Shown here in pieces: positions 1 through 9,349 of a stretch of DNA of 64,000 nucleotides. Location of the stretch: the sequence record NC_021529.2; one strand, given 5' to 3'. How positions within the stretch are numbered: the first letter of the stretch is position 1; every line of letters starts with the position of its first letter. Both the position numbers and the translations under genes were made by a program. The notes under the pieces are model-generated. The model saw only the letters and a program-made list of their open reading frames with translations, was not told where the DNA came from and searched no databases.

Positions 1-1
1 A

Positions 2-547
2 ACACTTGACACAAACCCGATTACAATTCAAGCGTCTGCGGGTGATGCGATTGTATCTGCATCTGAATTGAACGGCACTCACATCGTCAGAACTAATTAC
101 TGTCATATTGTATGTACAGTAATCGATGATGGTACTGGATTAGCAGGTACTCCTCAATGGGGCATTAAGATAAACCCACTTGTAGGTGATTTTAGCGCGC
201 CTGTTAATGACACGATATTTTCTATTCCAGATACTGTAACAGCAACCATGCCATTGTTCGATATACTTTCATTTGCATCATGTAAATTGATGGTTTATGC
301 AGAGAACAGCGACCCGCTACAAGGTGGTGCTGTAACTCGAAGAATGACATCGGAAATATTGCTGCTAAATAATATAACAGATGTCTATATTGATGAATAT
401 TCAGTAGTCAATACAGATAAAGAATTCGGCAACTTGATTCTGATTGAACCACGTGTTGATAACGGCGTAATCGTTCTTGATATCACATCAAATGACGACA
501 ACGTTTCAATTGCTATCAAATCAATCGAAACAATCAGACTATCATAA
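2..547 (+). CDS. 9: baseplate wedge tail-fibre connector gp9 (5'-truncated by window)
   Basis: Frame is open from base 2 (TLDTNPITIQASAGDAIV...) to TAA at 547; lies directly upstream of gene 10, as in T4. Confidence 0.8.
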   Translation, partial: TLDTNPITIQASAGDAIVSASELNGTHIVRTNYCHIVCTVIDDGTGLAGTPQWGIKINPLVGDFSAPVNDTIFSIPDTVTATMPLFDILSFASCKLMVYAENSDPLQGGAVTRRMTSEILLLNNITDVYIDEYSVVNTDKEFGNLILIEPRVDNGVIVLDITSNDDNVSIAIKSIETIRLS

Positions 548-556
548 GGGACAGCA

Positions 557-2803
557 ATGAAACAGACTATCAACGTCGGGCAAATTGTCGATGACGGTAC
601 TGGTGACTACCTTCGTCAAGGTGGCATCAAGACACGTGACAATTTCGACGAAATATACAGTCATTTAGGCGACGGTAGCAGACTATATGCTGCCGGTGCT
701 TGGCGAACTTGGAAGTATGCTTCCACATATCTTAACGGCGATACATCATACAACTCTGCTAATGCTGACCTATATTTCGACGAGTACGGTGATGGTCAAG
801 GCCCAGAGCTTCATGCAAACTTCGGTGAATCATGGACTATCGATACTACACTAGGTGATGTCGATGTTTATCTGCCAGCAGGTGTTGAAGAAGCGGACTA
901 CGGCAAAGCGATTCGCATACGCGACGTGAAGGGCGTTTGGGATAAGAACATAGTAACAGTCTACCCAGACTCTAAAGACTCTATAAAGCGCGTTGCAGCG
1001 TCTACACAGACGGATCTGGGTACAGGGGCTGAGTTTACTAACGCTTATCAAGATCTAGAGCTTGTTTTCACTCCGCCACGTCACTGGGAATATGTTGCTC
1101 AGAAATACGTTAACGGGTTGACTTTTGGTGATGTGCCTAGCGTTCTTCGTAGAGCAATAATTTCACGTCAAGGTCAACGTGATTTCAACATGTCACTAGA
1201 GCTTAATGGTGGTATTTACAACCAAGCAGCAGTTGAAGTTTATCGTCGAGGAAACTTGATGTACTTCGGTGACGATCTTAGTGATTTCAGCGACTACGGT
1301 TCAATCCCACTACACACAGTCGAAGATTGGGTTGAAAATAACCCAGAGACGTATTACGTAGGTGACTTAGTTCGTGGTGATGACATCACAGGGCGTGACG
1401 ACCGTATCTGGCAATGTATCGTAGAGCATAACAGCATCGGTGCATGGGAAGAAACAAAATGGGCTGAATTTGCAGATTTCCCGGACTATGCGTATCACGC
1501 TGGATCTACTGCATATAGCGTAGGCGATATTGTTCTTCAAGATCACGATGGGTATGTTCAATCATTTGAATGTTTGATTTCACATACATCAGCATCTGGA
1601 TATACAGATTTAACAGCAGATAGTCGATGGAAGCAGTTGACTAATGACGATCTAGCGCCTCTTGATGGACGCACGATTCGATTGCGTTTAGCAGCGAATG
1701 CAGGCGACCCGCTTGCTATGGTAACATATCTAAGTGATGTGTCAAGCTTCCGTAGCAGCTATATGCTGAAATCAATTAAGTTAATCGATGAAAATAACTA
1801 CGGCGTAGACGAACAGCCAGGCGCAGTTGTTAAGAAAGAATTTGTGCCGGGAATGTCGTTAAATCTAGTTGACTTCGGTCTTCCAGATTACACACAGTAC
1901 AACACTGAAACTCTAGAAGTGCTTGTCAACGGTAGTCAACTTACTCGTGCTAATACAGCAGGCAACGGTGATAGTGAGAATGGTGGCGAATATGACTTCG
2001 ACCATGTTCAAGATGCTGAAGGTCGATGGAACACGATTGTTTTCGCTGAATCATTGTCTGACAGCGATATCGTAACAGTTCGCTGGTATGATAACGTAAT
2101 TGGTACTTTGCTTTCGTGGGATGACGGCGACGACAATCTTCAAGAACGTACACGTGAAATTTTCGTATCTCGTGATGACTGGGCTGATGTGCGTAGATTC
2201 AACAAGATTCTATACACAGACCCGCAAAACCCATCAGCGGCTGTAACTGAAGTACTACCTGACCCTGAAACATTCGCACCGGGCGGGACATTAGTTTCGT
2301 TGTTTGAAAGTATCTTCCCTGTAGGCTCAGTATACACGAATGCAAACAACCCGAACAACCCTGCTGATTACATGGGGTTTGGTACATGGGTTCGTTACGC
2401 AGAAGGGCGCACAGTTGTAGGTTGGAACACTCAAGATGACGGCAAATTCCACCGAAACAACAACAACGAAAACGTTGTTCAAGCTGGCGGTACTGGCGGT
2501 TCTATCGGTGTTGTTCTAACTAAAGAGAACATTCCAGAGCTAATAAGTACAACAAACCCTGATTATAACGATGACGCAGAGCGTGATATCACGAACATTT
2601 CTGAGCAATATAGCTTAGTTGCTCGTGCTGCTACAGCAGGTGGTGATATCAACTTGAATGGTTGTTTAGGTGACCCAGAGAATACAACTCCACTGGCGTA
2701 TTACAGTGAAGAACCTATAAAAGTCAACCATGGTCAAGTTGCACAGGCTGTTGATGTAACACAACCATATATCACTGCGTACACTTGGATAAGGACTGCA
2801 TAA
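557..2803 (+). CDS. 10: baseplate wedge subunit and tail pin gp10
   Basis: N-terminus MKQTINVGQIVDDGTGDYLRQGG and C-terminal FPVGSVY...QPYITAYTWIRTA are T4 gp10-like; 748 aa. Confidence 0.95.
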   Translation: MKQTINVGQIVDDGTGDYLRQGGIKTRDNFDEIYSHLGDGSRLYAAGAWRTWKYASTYLNGDTSYNSANADLYFDEYGDGQGPELHANFGESWTIDTTLGDVDVYLPAGVEEADYGKAIRIRDVKGVWDKNIVTVYPDSKDSIKRVAASTQTDLGTGAEFTNAYQDLELVFTPPRHWEYVAQKYVNGLTFGDVPSVLRRAIISRQGQRDFNMSLELNGGIYNQAAVEVYRRGNLMYFGDDLSDFSDYGSIPLHTVEDWVENNPETYYVGDLVRGDDITGRDDRIWQCIVEHNSIGAWEETKWAEFADFPDYAYHAGSTAYSVGDIVLQDHDGYVQSFECLISHTSASGYTDLTADSRWKQLTNDDLAPLDGRTIRLRLAANAGDPLAMVTYLSDVSSFRSSYMLKSIKLIDENNYGVDEQPGAVVKKEFVPGMSLNLVDFGLPDYTQYNTETLEVLVNGSQLTRANTAGNGDSENGGEYDFDHVQDAEGRWNTIVFAESLSDSDIVTVRWYDNVIGTLLSWDDGDDNLQERTREIFVSRDDWADVRRFNKILYTDPQNPSAAVTEVLPDPETFAPGGTLVSLFESIFPVGSVYTNANNPNNPADYMGFGTWVRYAEGRTVVGWNTQDDGKFHRNNNNENVVQAGGTGGSIGVVLTKENIPELISTTNPDYNDDAERDITNISEQYSLVARAATAGGDINLNGCLGDPENTTPLAYYSEEPIKVNHGQVAQAVDVTQPYITAYTWIRTA

Positions 2804-3489
2804 TGACAAGTAAAGCAAGACATGCTTCACGTGTGTGGAGCAATGACTCACGCATGAAAATTTTCGATCAAAATGCAATCGGCGACTCGGGATTATTCCC
2901 GGGTGACCGTTTCAATTTTCGCGGTGCTGTTTTAGGCGATTCGACGATTGATGAGATCCAAGAGGGTGCATGGGATCCGAACGTGCAAGCGGCGATTATG
3001 CAGCTTGCTATGGCAGCAATTATGCCTATCGGCACAATTATTCCATCTACGGATTCAACAAACCCATTTAACACAAACCAATTCAACGAAACGATTACGT
3101 ATAGCGGAACATCGACAGTTGATAACATCAGTTTATATGGTGTATCAGTGCAACTACTTGTCGGAGATTCTGACAATGACATTGCTGAAAAGGTGTTCAC
3201 TGCGTTACATGCTTCAAACTTGTTTGATACAGATCCAACAGATCATGTACCACCATCAAACACGTTCGTTTTAAAGCATAGAAGCTCTAGACCGCACAAC
3301 ACAGCGTATTCGAACACACTGACAGACATTCTAGATCCAGAGGGTAGTCCTACTGGTATTCAAGCACAGAGTGTAATCACTGGTTCATCTGACGGTCAGA
3401 GAAGTCTAGGTTACGGCGAGTGGGAACTATATTACACAGACAGTACTACTTTTGGTGATATTGTTTATTATTACAGAAGGATTGCATAA
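2803..3489 (+). CDS. 11: baseplate wedge subunit and tail pin gp11
   Basis: TAATG overlap with gene 10; IMPIGTII motif; position between genes 10 and 12. Confidence 0.8.
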   Translation: MTSKARHASRVWSNDSRMKIFDQNAIGDSGLFPGDRFNFRGAVLGDSTIDEIQEGAWDPNVQAAIMQLAMAAIMPIGTIIPSTDSTNPFNTNQFNETITYSGTSTVDNISLYGVSVQLLVGDSDNDIAEKVFTALHASNLFDTDPTDHVPPSNTFVLKHRSSRPHNTAYSNTLTDILDPEGSPTGIQAQSVITGSSDGQRSLGYGEWELYYTDSTTFGDIVYYYRRIA

Positions 3490-5027
3490 TGTCAGGAACA
3501 AACATATTCACGCACATTAGTGACGAGGCTCAATATGTTTACCTGCAACCGTTCGTATCGCCTGGCGCAGCTTTTGAGTCAGGCGGTGACGTACAAAGTA
3601 TCATAGCTCAAATTAACGAAAGCGCACTACAACCAATTCCTGCATTACCTTACGCGACGACTAGCGAAGATGGGGCAGTTGAATATTCAACCCAAGCTGA
3701 AGCTAATGGTCTGAGCAGTCTTTTGACAGTGCTAACACCTGAATCTCTAGATTGGGTAGATCAGTTCGTATCGCCGGCTACTGATACTCAGTTGGGTAAC
3801 TTACAAGAGCTGAGTTCTGGCGATTTGACTCGCGATTATGCAACGTCAAACGCAAGTAAATTGCTTTCATATCGTCGTCTAGATGAAATGATGACTGTTC
3901 GTGCTGCACTCACTGATGATGGCACAGACCAGTCTCGTGGATTTCTTGAATTTGCAAATTTATCAGAATCATTAGCGTATGCATCTGATAAGTTCATTTC
4001 ACCACTTAGAACATGGAATTTAATCAAGCAAGAAATTCCAAACCCATGGTCTCAAGCAACTGAATCAGCAGTCGGTATTCTCAGAACAGTTGCTCCTCGT
4101 GATGGGAAACGTTCTGATCCGTCAATTGCAATTACTGTAGGTGGGTTAAATCATGTTGACGCAAGCACTTCAAAACGCGGTGCATTTAAATTAACATCAA
4201 ACAACTACAATCGAACCGCAAGTGATGCTAACGAGTATGTAGTAACGCCCGGTACTATTTCAAATCTAATTGCGACAGCAGGTCAAGTTGGGTTTATGCA
4301 ATTGCCTGCATCATACGTCAATGATCCACTGTTGACAACAAACGCTGCTCTAGGTGTTGATTTAGCAACAAAGTTGGGTCCTGACGGTGGTACTATCACT
4401 GGTACATTACAGTGTGATAATATCCAAAGTCGCTTGACATACAGACAAAAACAAACAAGCTATAGTGGCACATATTACACAACGGTCGTTGAAGATCGCG
4501 AAATGTTCCCGAGTAATCAGTTAGATTCTAAAATAGGTCTTGCTGGTAGACCAGTAGGCAGTATTTTCCATTGTACTGCAAACGTAGACCCAAACACTGT
4601 ATTTGGCGGCGTGTGGTATAGAGTACGCGCAGGTCAAACAATGATGGGACAAGGTACTGGCGATGACGGTGCGAGACGACGTTACTTTGCAGCAGGCGCG
4701 CAACGCAATGACGATACCATTACGCTGACGCAGCGCAATCTACCGACTCACAAACACGCTGGGTTCGGAGAAGCGTATAAATCTGTAAATGGCGACTGTG
4801 TTCGTTACACGATTTTAAGAAACCCGTATGGGGTGTCTTTGTATTGTACTGAATATTCACGCGCAGAGTACTGGGAATTTGGTTCTACGGGAGAACGAAA
4901 TCATAGGGGTATGCGTAAAACAGATAGTGACAATTACCTATATTACAATGAGCCTGTTGGTGGTGGTCAAGCACATGAAAACATGATGCCATATCAAGCT
5001 GTTTACATTTGGAGACGAGTTAAATGA
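3489..5027 (+). CDS. 12: short tail fibre gp12-like protein, paralog A (512 aa)
   Basis: gp12-like N-terminus (HISDEAQYV...PYATTSEDGAVEYSTQAEA), AT-x-G fibre repeats, and a PVGSIF...HKH...PYQAVYIWRR C-terminal domain. Confidence 0.75.
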   Translation: MSGTNIFTHISDEAQYVYLQPFVSPGAAFESGGDVQSIIAQINESALQPIPALPYATTSEDGAVEYSTQAEANGLSSLLTVLTPESLDWVDQFVSPATDTQLGNLQELSSGDLTRDYATSNASKLLSYRRLDEMMTVRAALTDDGTDQSRGFLEFANLSESLAYASDKFISPLRTWNLIKQEIPNPWSQATESAVGILRTVAPRDGKRSDPSIAITVGGLNHVDASTSKRGAFKLTSNNYNRTASDANEYVVTPGTISNLIATAGQVGFMQLPASYVNDPLLTTNAALGVDLATKLGPDGGTITGTLQCDNIQSRLTYRQKQTSYSGTYYTTVVEDREMFPSNQLDSKIGLAGRPVGSIFHCTANVDPNTVFGGVWYRVRAGQTMMGQGTGDDGARRRYFAAGAQRNDDTITLTQRNLPTHKHAGFGEAYKSVNGDCVRYTILRNPYGVSLYCTEYSRAEYWEFGSTGERNHRGMRKTDSDNYLYYNEPVGGGQAHENMMPYQAVYIWRRVK

Positions 5028-6445
5028 GTAAAGGAACTCAAATTTTCAACCACGTGATTGACGACGCTGGGACAGTCACGGTAGAAGTTGCGGGCACAGC
5101 ATTTGACGGGTTGACGGGTGGCAACGATGATCTTCAAACATGTCTTGAGCTTATTCAAGATCACGCACTTTCTGCAATCCCTGACTATCCGATTGCAAGC
5201 ACAACAGTCGCTGGTCTTACTAAGCTGAGCGGAGACGCTGAAGTCGTAGATCCACTCAACAATGACAGTGCAGTAACACCGAGCGCACTTGATTATTGGT
5301 TTGAGAATCACGCTACTGCTACTGAAGCGCAATTCGGGTTTGTCAAGTTGATAACAACGTCAACAATTGACACAGTAAACCCGACTGATCCAGTAGAAGC
5401 AGCTCAGAAGCACGCATTCACGCTGAAGACGTTGAACTATGCGTTGAACAATAGATTCCACGCATCTGAGACGAAAGCTGGTGTTGTGCGCCTAGCAACG
5501 AATGCACAAGCGACAACGACGGGTACACTGTCAACCACAGTAGCAATGACTCCTCAGCGAGTCAAAGAAATGCTAGATGTATGGGCTAACACAACTGCGT
5601 CAAATGCGTCTGAAACTACAAAAGGGTTGATACGCTTAGCAAATGGCACAGAAGTGAACAGCGTTCTTGTAGCTGAAAATGATTTGGCGATATCACCATA
5701 TCGTTTCAATTTCAGAACAGCAACTACGACTAGAAAAGCAGGATTTTATTTGCCTGATTCTACAGTAGCCAACGCTAGAACGTCGAATGATCATGCTGTT
5801 ACTGTTGGAACACTTTCATTGTTCAGTGCTAATAGCTCACGTGTCGGTGTTGCTAGACTAGCTAACAATCTTACAACAAATGACCCACTAAGAGCACTAA
5901 GTGCAGCAATGGGTTATAAGTTGAATAATGAAAAAATCGGTGCTGCCGGTGGTACTATTACAGGAACGTTAAAGGTAGACGACATTCAATCTGTTGGTGG
6001 TACTCAGTTAATGAGCAACGGTCTGATTGAATCGACTGCAATGCTTAACATGTACCCTGTTGGTTCAGTATACATGTCAGCTAATTCAACGTCACCTGCT
6101 ACATTATTTGGCGGTACGTGGTCTAGATTAGCTGAAGGTAGAGTTCTAGTTTCTGAAGGTACATATGCTGGAAGAACATTTGCTAACGGCGAGACTGGTG
6201 GTGAATATGAAGTTACTCTTACTGAAGATACAATGCCAACTCACAAACATGCTGGTTGGGGTGAACATCACGACGGTGATGGTCTAGGATTCGGTATTGC
6301 ATATCAATACGGTCGAAACAACAGAGGTTCTGGTAAGTCTGACAGAGACAACTATTTGTACTACTCATCTCCAGTGGGTGGTGGACATGCACACAACAAC
6401 ATTCAGCCATACTACACTGTTTACATGTGGGAAAGAACTGCATAA
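5024..6445 (+). CDS. 12: short tail fibre gp12, paralog B (473 aa)
   Basis: Same architecture as paralog A: ASETKAGVVRLAT repeats, YPVGSVY...HKH...NIQPYYTVYMWERTA. Confidence 0.85.
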   Translation: MSKGTQIFNHVIDDAGTVTVEVAGTAFDGLTGGNDDLQTCLELIQDHALSAIPDYPIASTTVAGLTKLSGDAEVVDPLNNDSAVTPSALDYWFENHATATEAQFGFVKLITTSTIDTVNPTDPVEAAQKHAFTLKTLNYALNNRFHASETKAGVVRLATNAQATTTGTLSTTVAMTPQRVKEMLDVWANTTASNASETTKGLIRLANGTEVNSVLVAENDLAISPYRFNFRTATTTRKAGFYLPDSTVANARTSNDHAVTVGTLSLFSANSSRVGVARLANNLTTNDPLRALSAAMGYKLNNEKIGAAGGTITGTLKVDDIQSVGGTQLMSNGLIESTAMLNMYPVGSVYMSANSTSPATLFGGTWSRLAEGRVLVSEGTYAGRTFANGETGGEYEVTLTEDTMPTHKHAGWGEHHDGDGLGFGIAYQYGRNNRGSGKSDRDNYLYYSSPVGGGHAHNNIQPYYTVYMWERTA

Positions 6446-6483
6446 AGACAAGCATAGTATAGCGTGAAAGACAATATGAATAA

Positions 6484-6513
6484 ACGGGTGAGATTCATTT
6501 CTCACCCTTTTTT
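6484..6513 (+). terminator. intrinsic terminator after gene 12B
   Basis: GGGTGAGA-ttcatt-TCTCACCC followed by a T6 tract. Confidence 0.85.
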
Positions 6514-6519
6514 GTATGA

Positions 6520-6645
6520 GCGAAGCGACAGAAGTTGGTGAGGCGGAAAAATTCCGCATCATCTTAGTAGTATTAGGGGTTTTAGAGATATTAGTAATAT
6601 TAGTATTAAATACTATGTTTAGTTTTTGACTGCATCTGATATTAT
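6520..6645 (+). repeat. non-coding module, copy 1 (GCGAAGC, stem-loop, five 9-nt TTAG units, GTTTAG-N17-TATTAT promoter)
   Basis: 6540-6603 matches the reverse complement of 33693-33756 at 57/64 positions (hand alignment). Confidence 0.85.
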
Positions 6646-6685
6646 AGACGCATAAAGACAAATCCTTCCGTATCCTTTGTATTGC

Positions 6686-6693
6686 TATAAATA
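6686..6693 (+). promoter_or_regulatory. gp55-dependent late promoter for wac
   Basis: TATAAATA, the T4 late consensus. Confidence 0.85.
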
Positions 6694-6733
6694 GAAGTAA
6701 GCTATGTTCATTTACAATACAAAGGGAACAAAA

Positions 6734-8416
6734 ATGACAATTCAAAAGCCTATCATAACAGAGCTTAGATATGTAAATGGTCAGCCAGATCCAAACCTAC
6801 GTCCCGATCAAACTCGAATTAACTGGGCTAAGAATGGTGAAAGTCTTAATGGCGCATCTGGCGATACTGTTTCTGACGGTGTACTAAACCGAGCAGGAGT
6901 AGAGATTCAAGAAAACGTTCTAAACTCTCATAACAACACAAAATCTCAACAAGCGATCATCGAAGAACTTGTCGATACAGTAAATGATCTTACGGGTGGC
7001 GGTGATGCTAACTTAGGTGCGCGTGTTACTCAGACTGAATTTGATATCGACGTATTAGATGGTCAGGTCAGTGACTTGCAAGATGATGTCGGCGTTGCAG
7101 GTAGCATTGATGTACTAGCAACTGGTCTACACAAATCTGTTGAAGATATTGAAGATGATATAGGCGTTCGCAATAGCAACGACATTCCAAACGAAGTTGA
7201 AAATAATGATACTGTACGTAAAGACTTGTACTTTATCAAACGTCGTATTGGTAATGATCGTAACTACGATGTGAATGGCAACCCATCTCCGAGTACCAAT
7301 CCGACGGGTATCAAATTTCAAATCGAAGATCTTTACAACAAGACGGCAACTATTAACACAGAGATTGGTGAAAATGCAATCCCTCTAAGCATCAACGGTC
7401 GTCTATACGAACTTGAACAAAACTCTCAAGTTGGTGACGTTGCAGAACTTCGTTCTGAAATCGGTGATCCTCTAGATGCAGATCCGGGGCGTTCGATCTA
7501 TTTGCGTTTGGATGATGCTGAAAGCACAATTACAGATAACACGACTGATATCACTGCACTGCAAGGTACAATCGATACGCCTACAACAGGTCTAGTCGAC
7601 CGAGTTGCGTCTAGTGAACAATCGATTATAGACACTAATACTCAGGTTACAACAAACACATCAGATATTTCAAGCATCGTAACAGATCTTGGCTCATATT
7701 CTGTTGGTGATGTATACGCAGGTACGGTTAAAGCTCGTCTTTCTGATTTCAATGATGACTTCACAAGTTTGTGGAATCGTGTTGGTGCAACAGACGCCGA
7801 TACTGGTACTATTTCGTTTCGCGTTGCGGGTCTTGAAGCTAGTCTAGGTGACAGAGACAATCCAGTTGCATTCACGGCATGGTATTCTATTCAAGAAAAC
7901 CGCGGATTGGTCGATTCTGCTCAGGCTGATGTTGATGGTCTATTGACTGTTGTAGGTCAATCTGATGATGAGGTTGGAACTCTGCGTGCTCGTGTTCTTG
8001 AACTAGAAGCTCGTTCTGATTACGCTCTAATCACATCAGATACGCCAGTCACAGTTGTAATGCCAACCACTCCTACAGATGTGTTCAGTTTGTTCAATTC
8101 AACATCTGATACAGCAGGCTTTACGTTCACTGGTGGTGTTATCACTCGTGAAGGGCTAGACTTCAAGAAACCAATTGTAATCAACTGGATTATGGTTTCA
8201 CCATCTGCGACTGATGTTACAATTCGTGTTGACATTCTTCACGACGACATGAGCAACGAATCGTCTGAATCTACTCGTACGCTTCGTGCAGGTGCAGTAA
8301 CTCCGATTACAATCCCAGTTATGGCAGATTTGCACGATCTGAGTGAAATTCGCATTTACGCACACACTAGTGATGCTGTAACTATCGAACATGAGTCATT
8401 CATGTTGAAACTATAA
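6734..8416 (+). CDS. wac: fibritin (neck whiskers)
   Basis: Wac-like N-terminus (ELRYVNGQPD...RINWAKNGESLNGA...GVLNRAGVEIQEN), segmented coiled coils, position between 12 and 13; no C-terminal foldon. Confidence 0.9.
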   Translation: MTIQKPIITELRYVNGQPDPNLRPDQTRINWAKNGESLNGASGDTVSDGVLNRAGVEIQENVLNSHNNTKSQQAIIEELVDTVNDLTGGGDANLGARVTQTEFDIDVLDGQVSDLQDDVGVAGSIDVLATGLHKSVEDIEDDIGVRNSNDIPNEVENNDTVRKDLYFIKRRIGNDRNYDVNGNPSPSTNPTGIKFQIEDLYNKTATINTEIGENAIPLSINGRLYELEQNSQVGDVAELRSEIGDPLDADPGRSIYLRLDDAESTITDNTTDITALQGTIDTPTTGLVDRVASSEQSIIDTNTQVTTNTSDISSIVTDLGSYSVGDVYAGTVKARLSDFNDDFTSLWNRVGATDADTGTISFRVAGLEASLGDRDNPVAFTAWYSIQENRGLVDSAQADVDGLLTVVGQSDDEVGTLRARVLELEARSDYALITSDTPVTVVMPTTPTDVFSLFNSTSDTAGFTFTGGVITREGLDFKKPIVINWIMVSPSATDVTIRVDILHDDMSNESSESTRTLRAGAVTPITIPVMADLHDLSEIRIYAHTSDAVTIEHESFMLKL

Positions 8417-8428
8417 TAAGGGGCAGCT

Positions 8429-9346
8429 ATGCAAGCGTATAACGCAACATCGCCTCGTGAAATGAAAGACTTGATTTTAAGGCGCCTTGGTGCGCCTATT
8501 GTCAACGTCGAAGTATCTGAAGATCAGATATACGACTGTATTTCACGAGCACTGGAATTATACATCGAGTATCACCCAGATGGTGTGAATAAGACATATT
8601 CTATCATTTCTCTTTCAGCAGAACAAGCTCAAACTGGTATAGTCAATCTTGATATACCTGCTACTGCAATTACTAAGATCGTTCGAGCAGGAAGTTCGTT
8701 CTTTACGATGGACGGAAACGCAACTTACTCATGGTTCACTGATTTTCTTCAGGGTCTAACAGGTGGTGGCAAAGGGTCTTGTAATACATATCACGGTATG
8801 TTAGCAGGCGGTGGGTTGAGCGATTACTGGAGCTTGATGTCATATAAGAATACGCTGATGGATATTCTTTCACCTGAGCATGACTACTGGTATAATGGCG
8901 TCAACAAACAATTGCGTATTAATGCAAATCTCTCTGAAGGTGAAATTGTAGTCGTAGAAGCATACGTTCCGAGTGCATTGCTTGTGTCTGAATCTGCGAC
9001 AGGTATCATCGGTAACAAAGCAGCAACGATAGGCTCATACGAAGATGTTACGCTTCAAGAAAGTTGGGATGACCCATATAGCATTCTAAGACAGAATAAC
9101 ATCATCGGTAACCCAAATCAATTTGCTGAGCAGAACGCATACTCAGTTCGATGGGTTAAAGACATGGCTACTGCTATGGTTAAGCAAGTTAATGGTACTA
9201 TTCTGAAGAAACATCAAGGGCTTCAATTGCCTGGTGGCATCACTGTAGATGGCAAAGAAATTTACGACGAAGCTACGCAAGAAATGGAGCGTCTTCGAGA
9301 AGAATTGATGACTCTTACTGTGCCACTTGGCGTATACATGGGGTAA
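8429..9346 (+). CDS. 13: neck protein gp13
   Basis: SPREMKDLILRRLGAPIVNVEV and WVKDMATAMVK...LPGGITVDG motifs. Confidence 0.95.
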   Translation: MQAYNATSPREMKDLILRRLGAPIVNVEVSEDQIYDCISRALELYIEYHPDGVNKTYSIISLSAEQAQTGIVNLDIPATAITKIVRAGSSFFTMDGNATYSWFTDFLQGLTGGGKGSCNTYHGMLAGGGLSDYWSLMSYKNTLMDILSPEHDYWYNGVNKQLRINANLSEGEIVVVEAYVPSALLVSESATGIIGNKAATIGSYEDVTLQESWDDPYSILRQNNIIGNPNQFAEQNAYSVRWVKDMATAMVKQVNGTILKKHQGLQLPGGITVDGKEIYDEATQEMERLREELMTLTVPLGVYMG

Positions 9347-9349
9347 TTT

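Noticed and set aside
4740-6445. Similar 3' ends of the two gene 12 paralogs as a diversity-generating retroelement TR/VR pair
   Set aside because: Differences are mostly synonymous third-position changes, not adenine-specific; both are full ORFs; no reverse transcriptase in the window.
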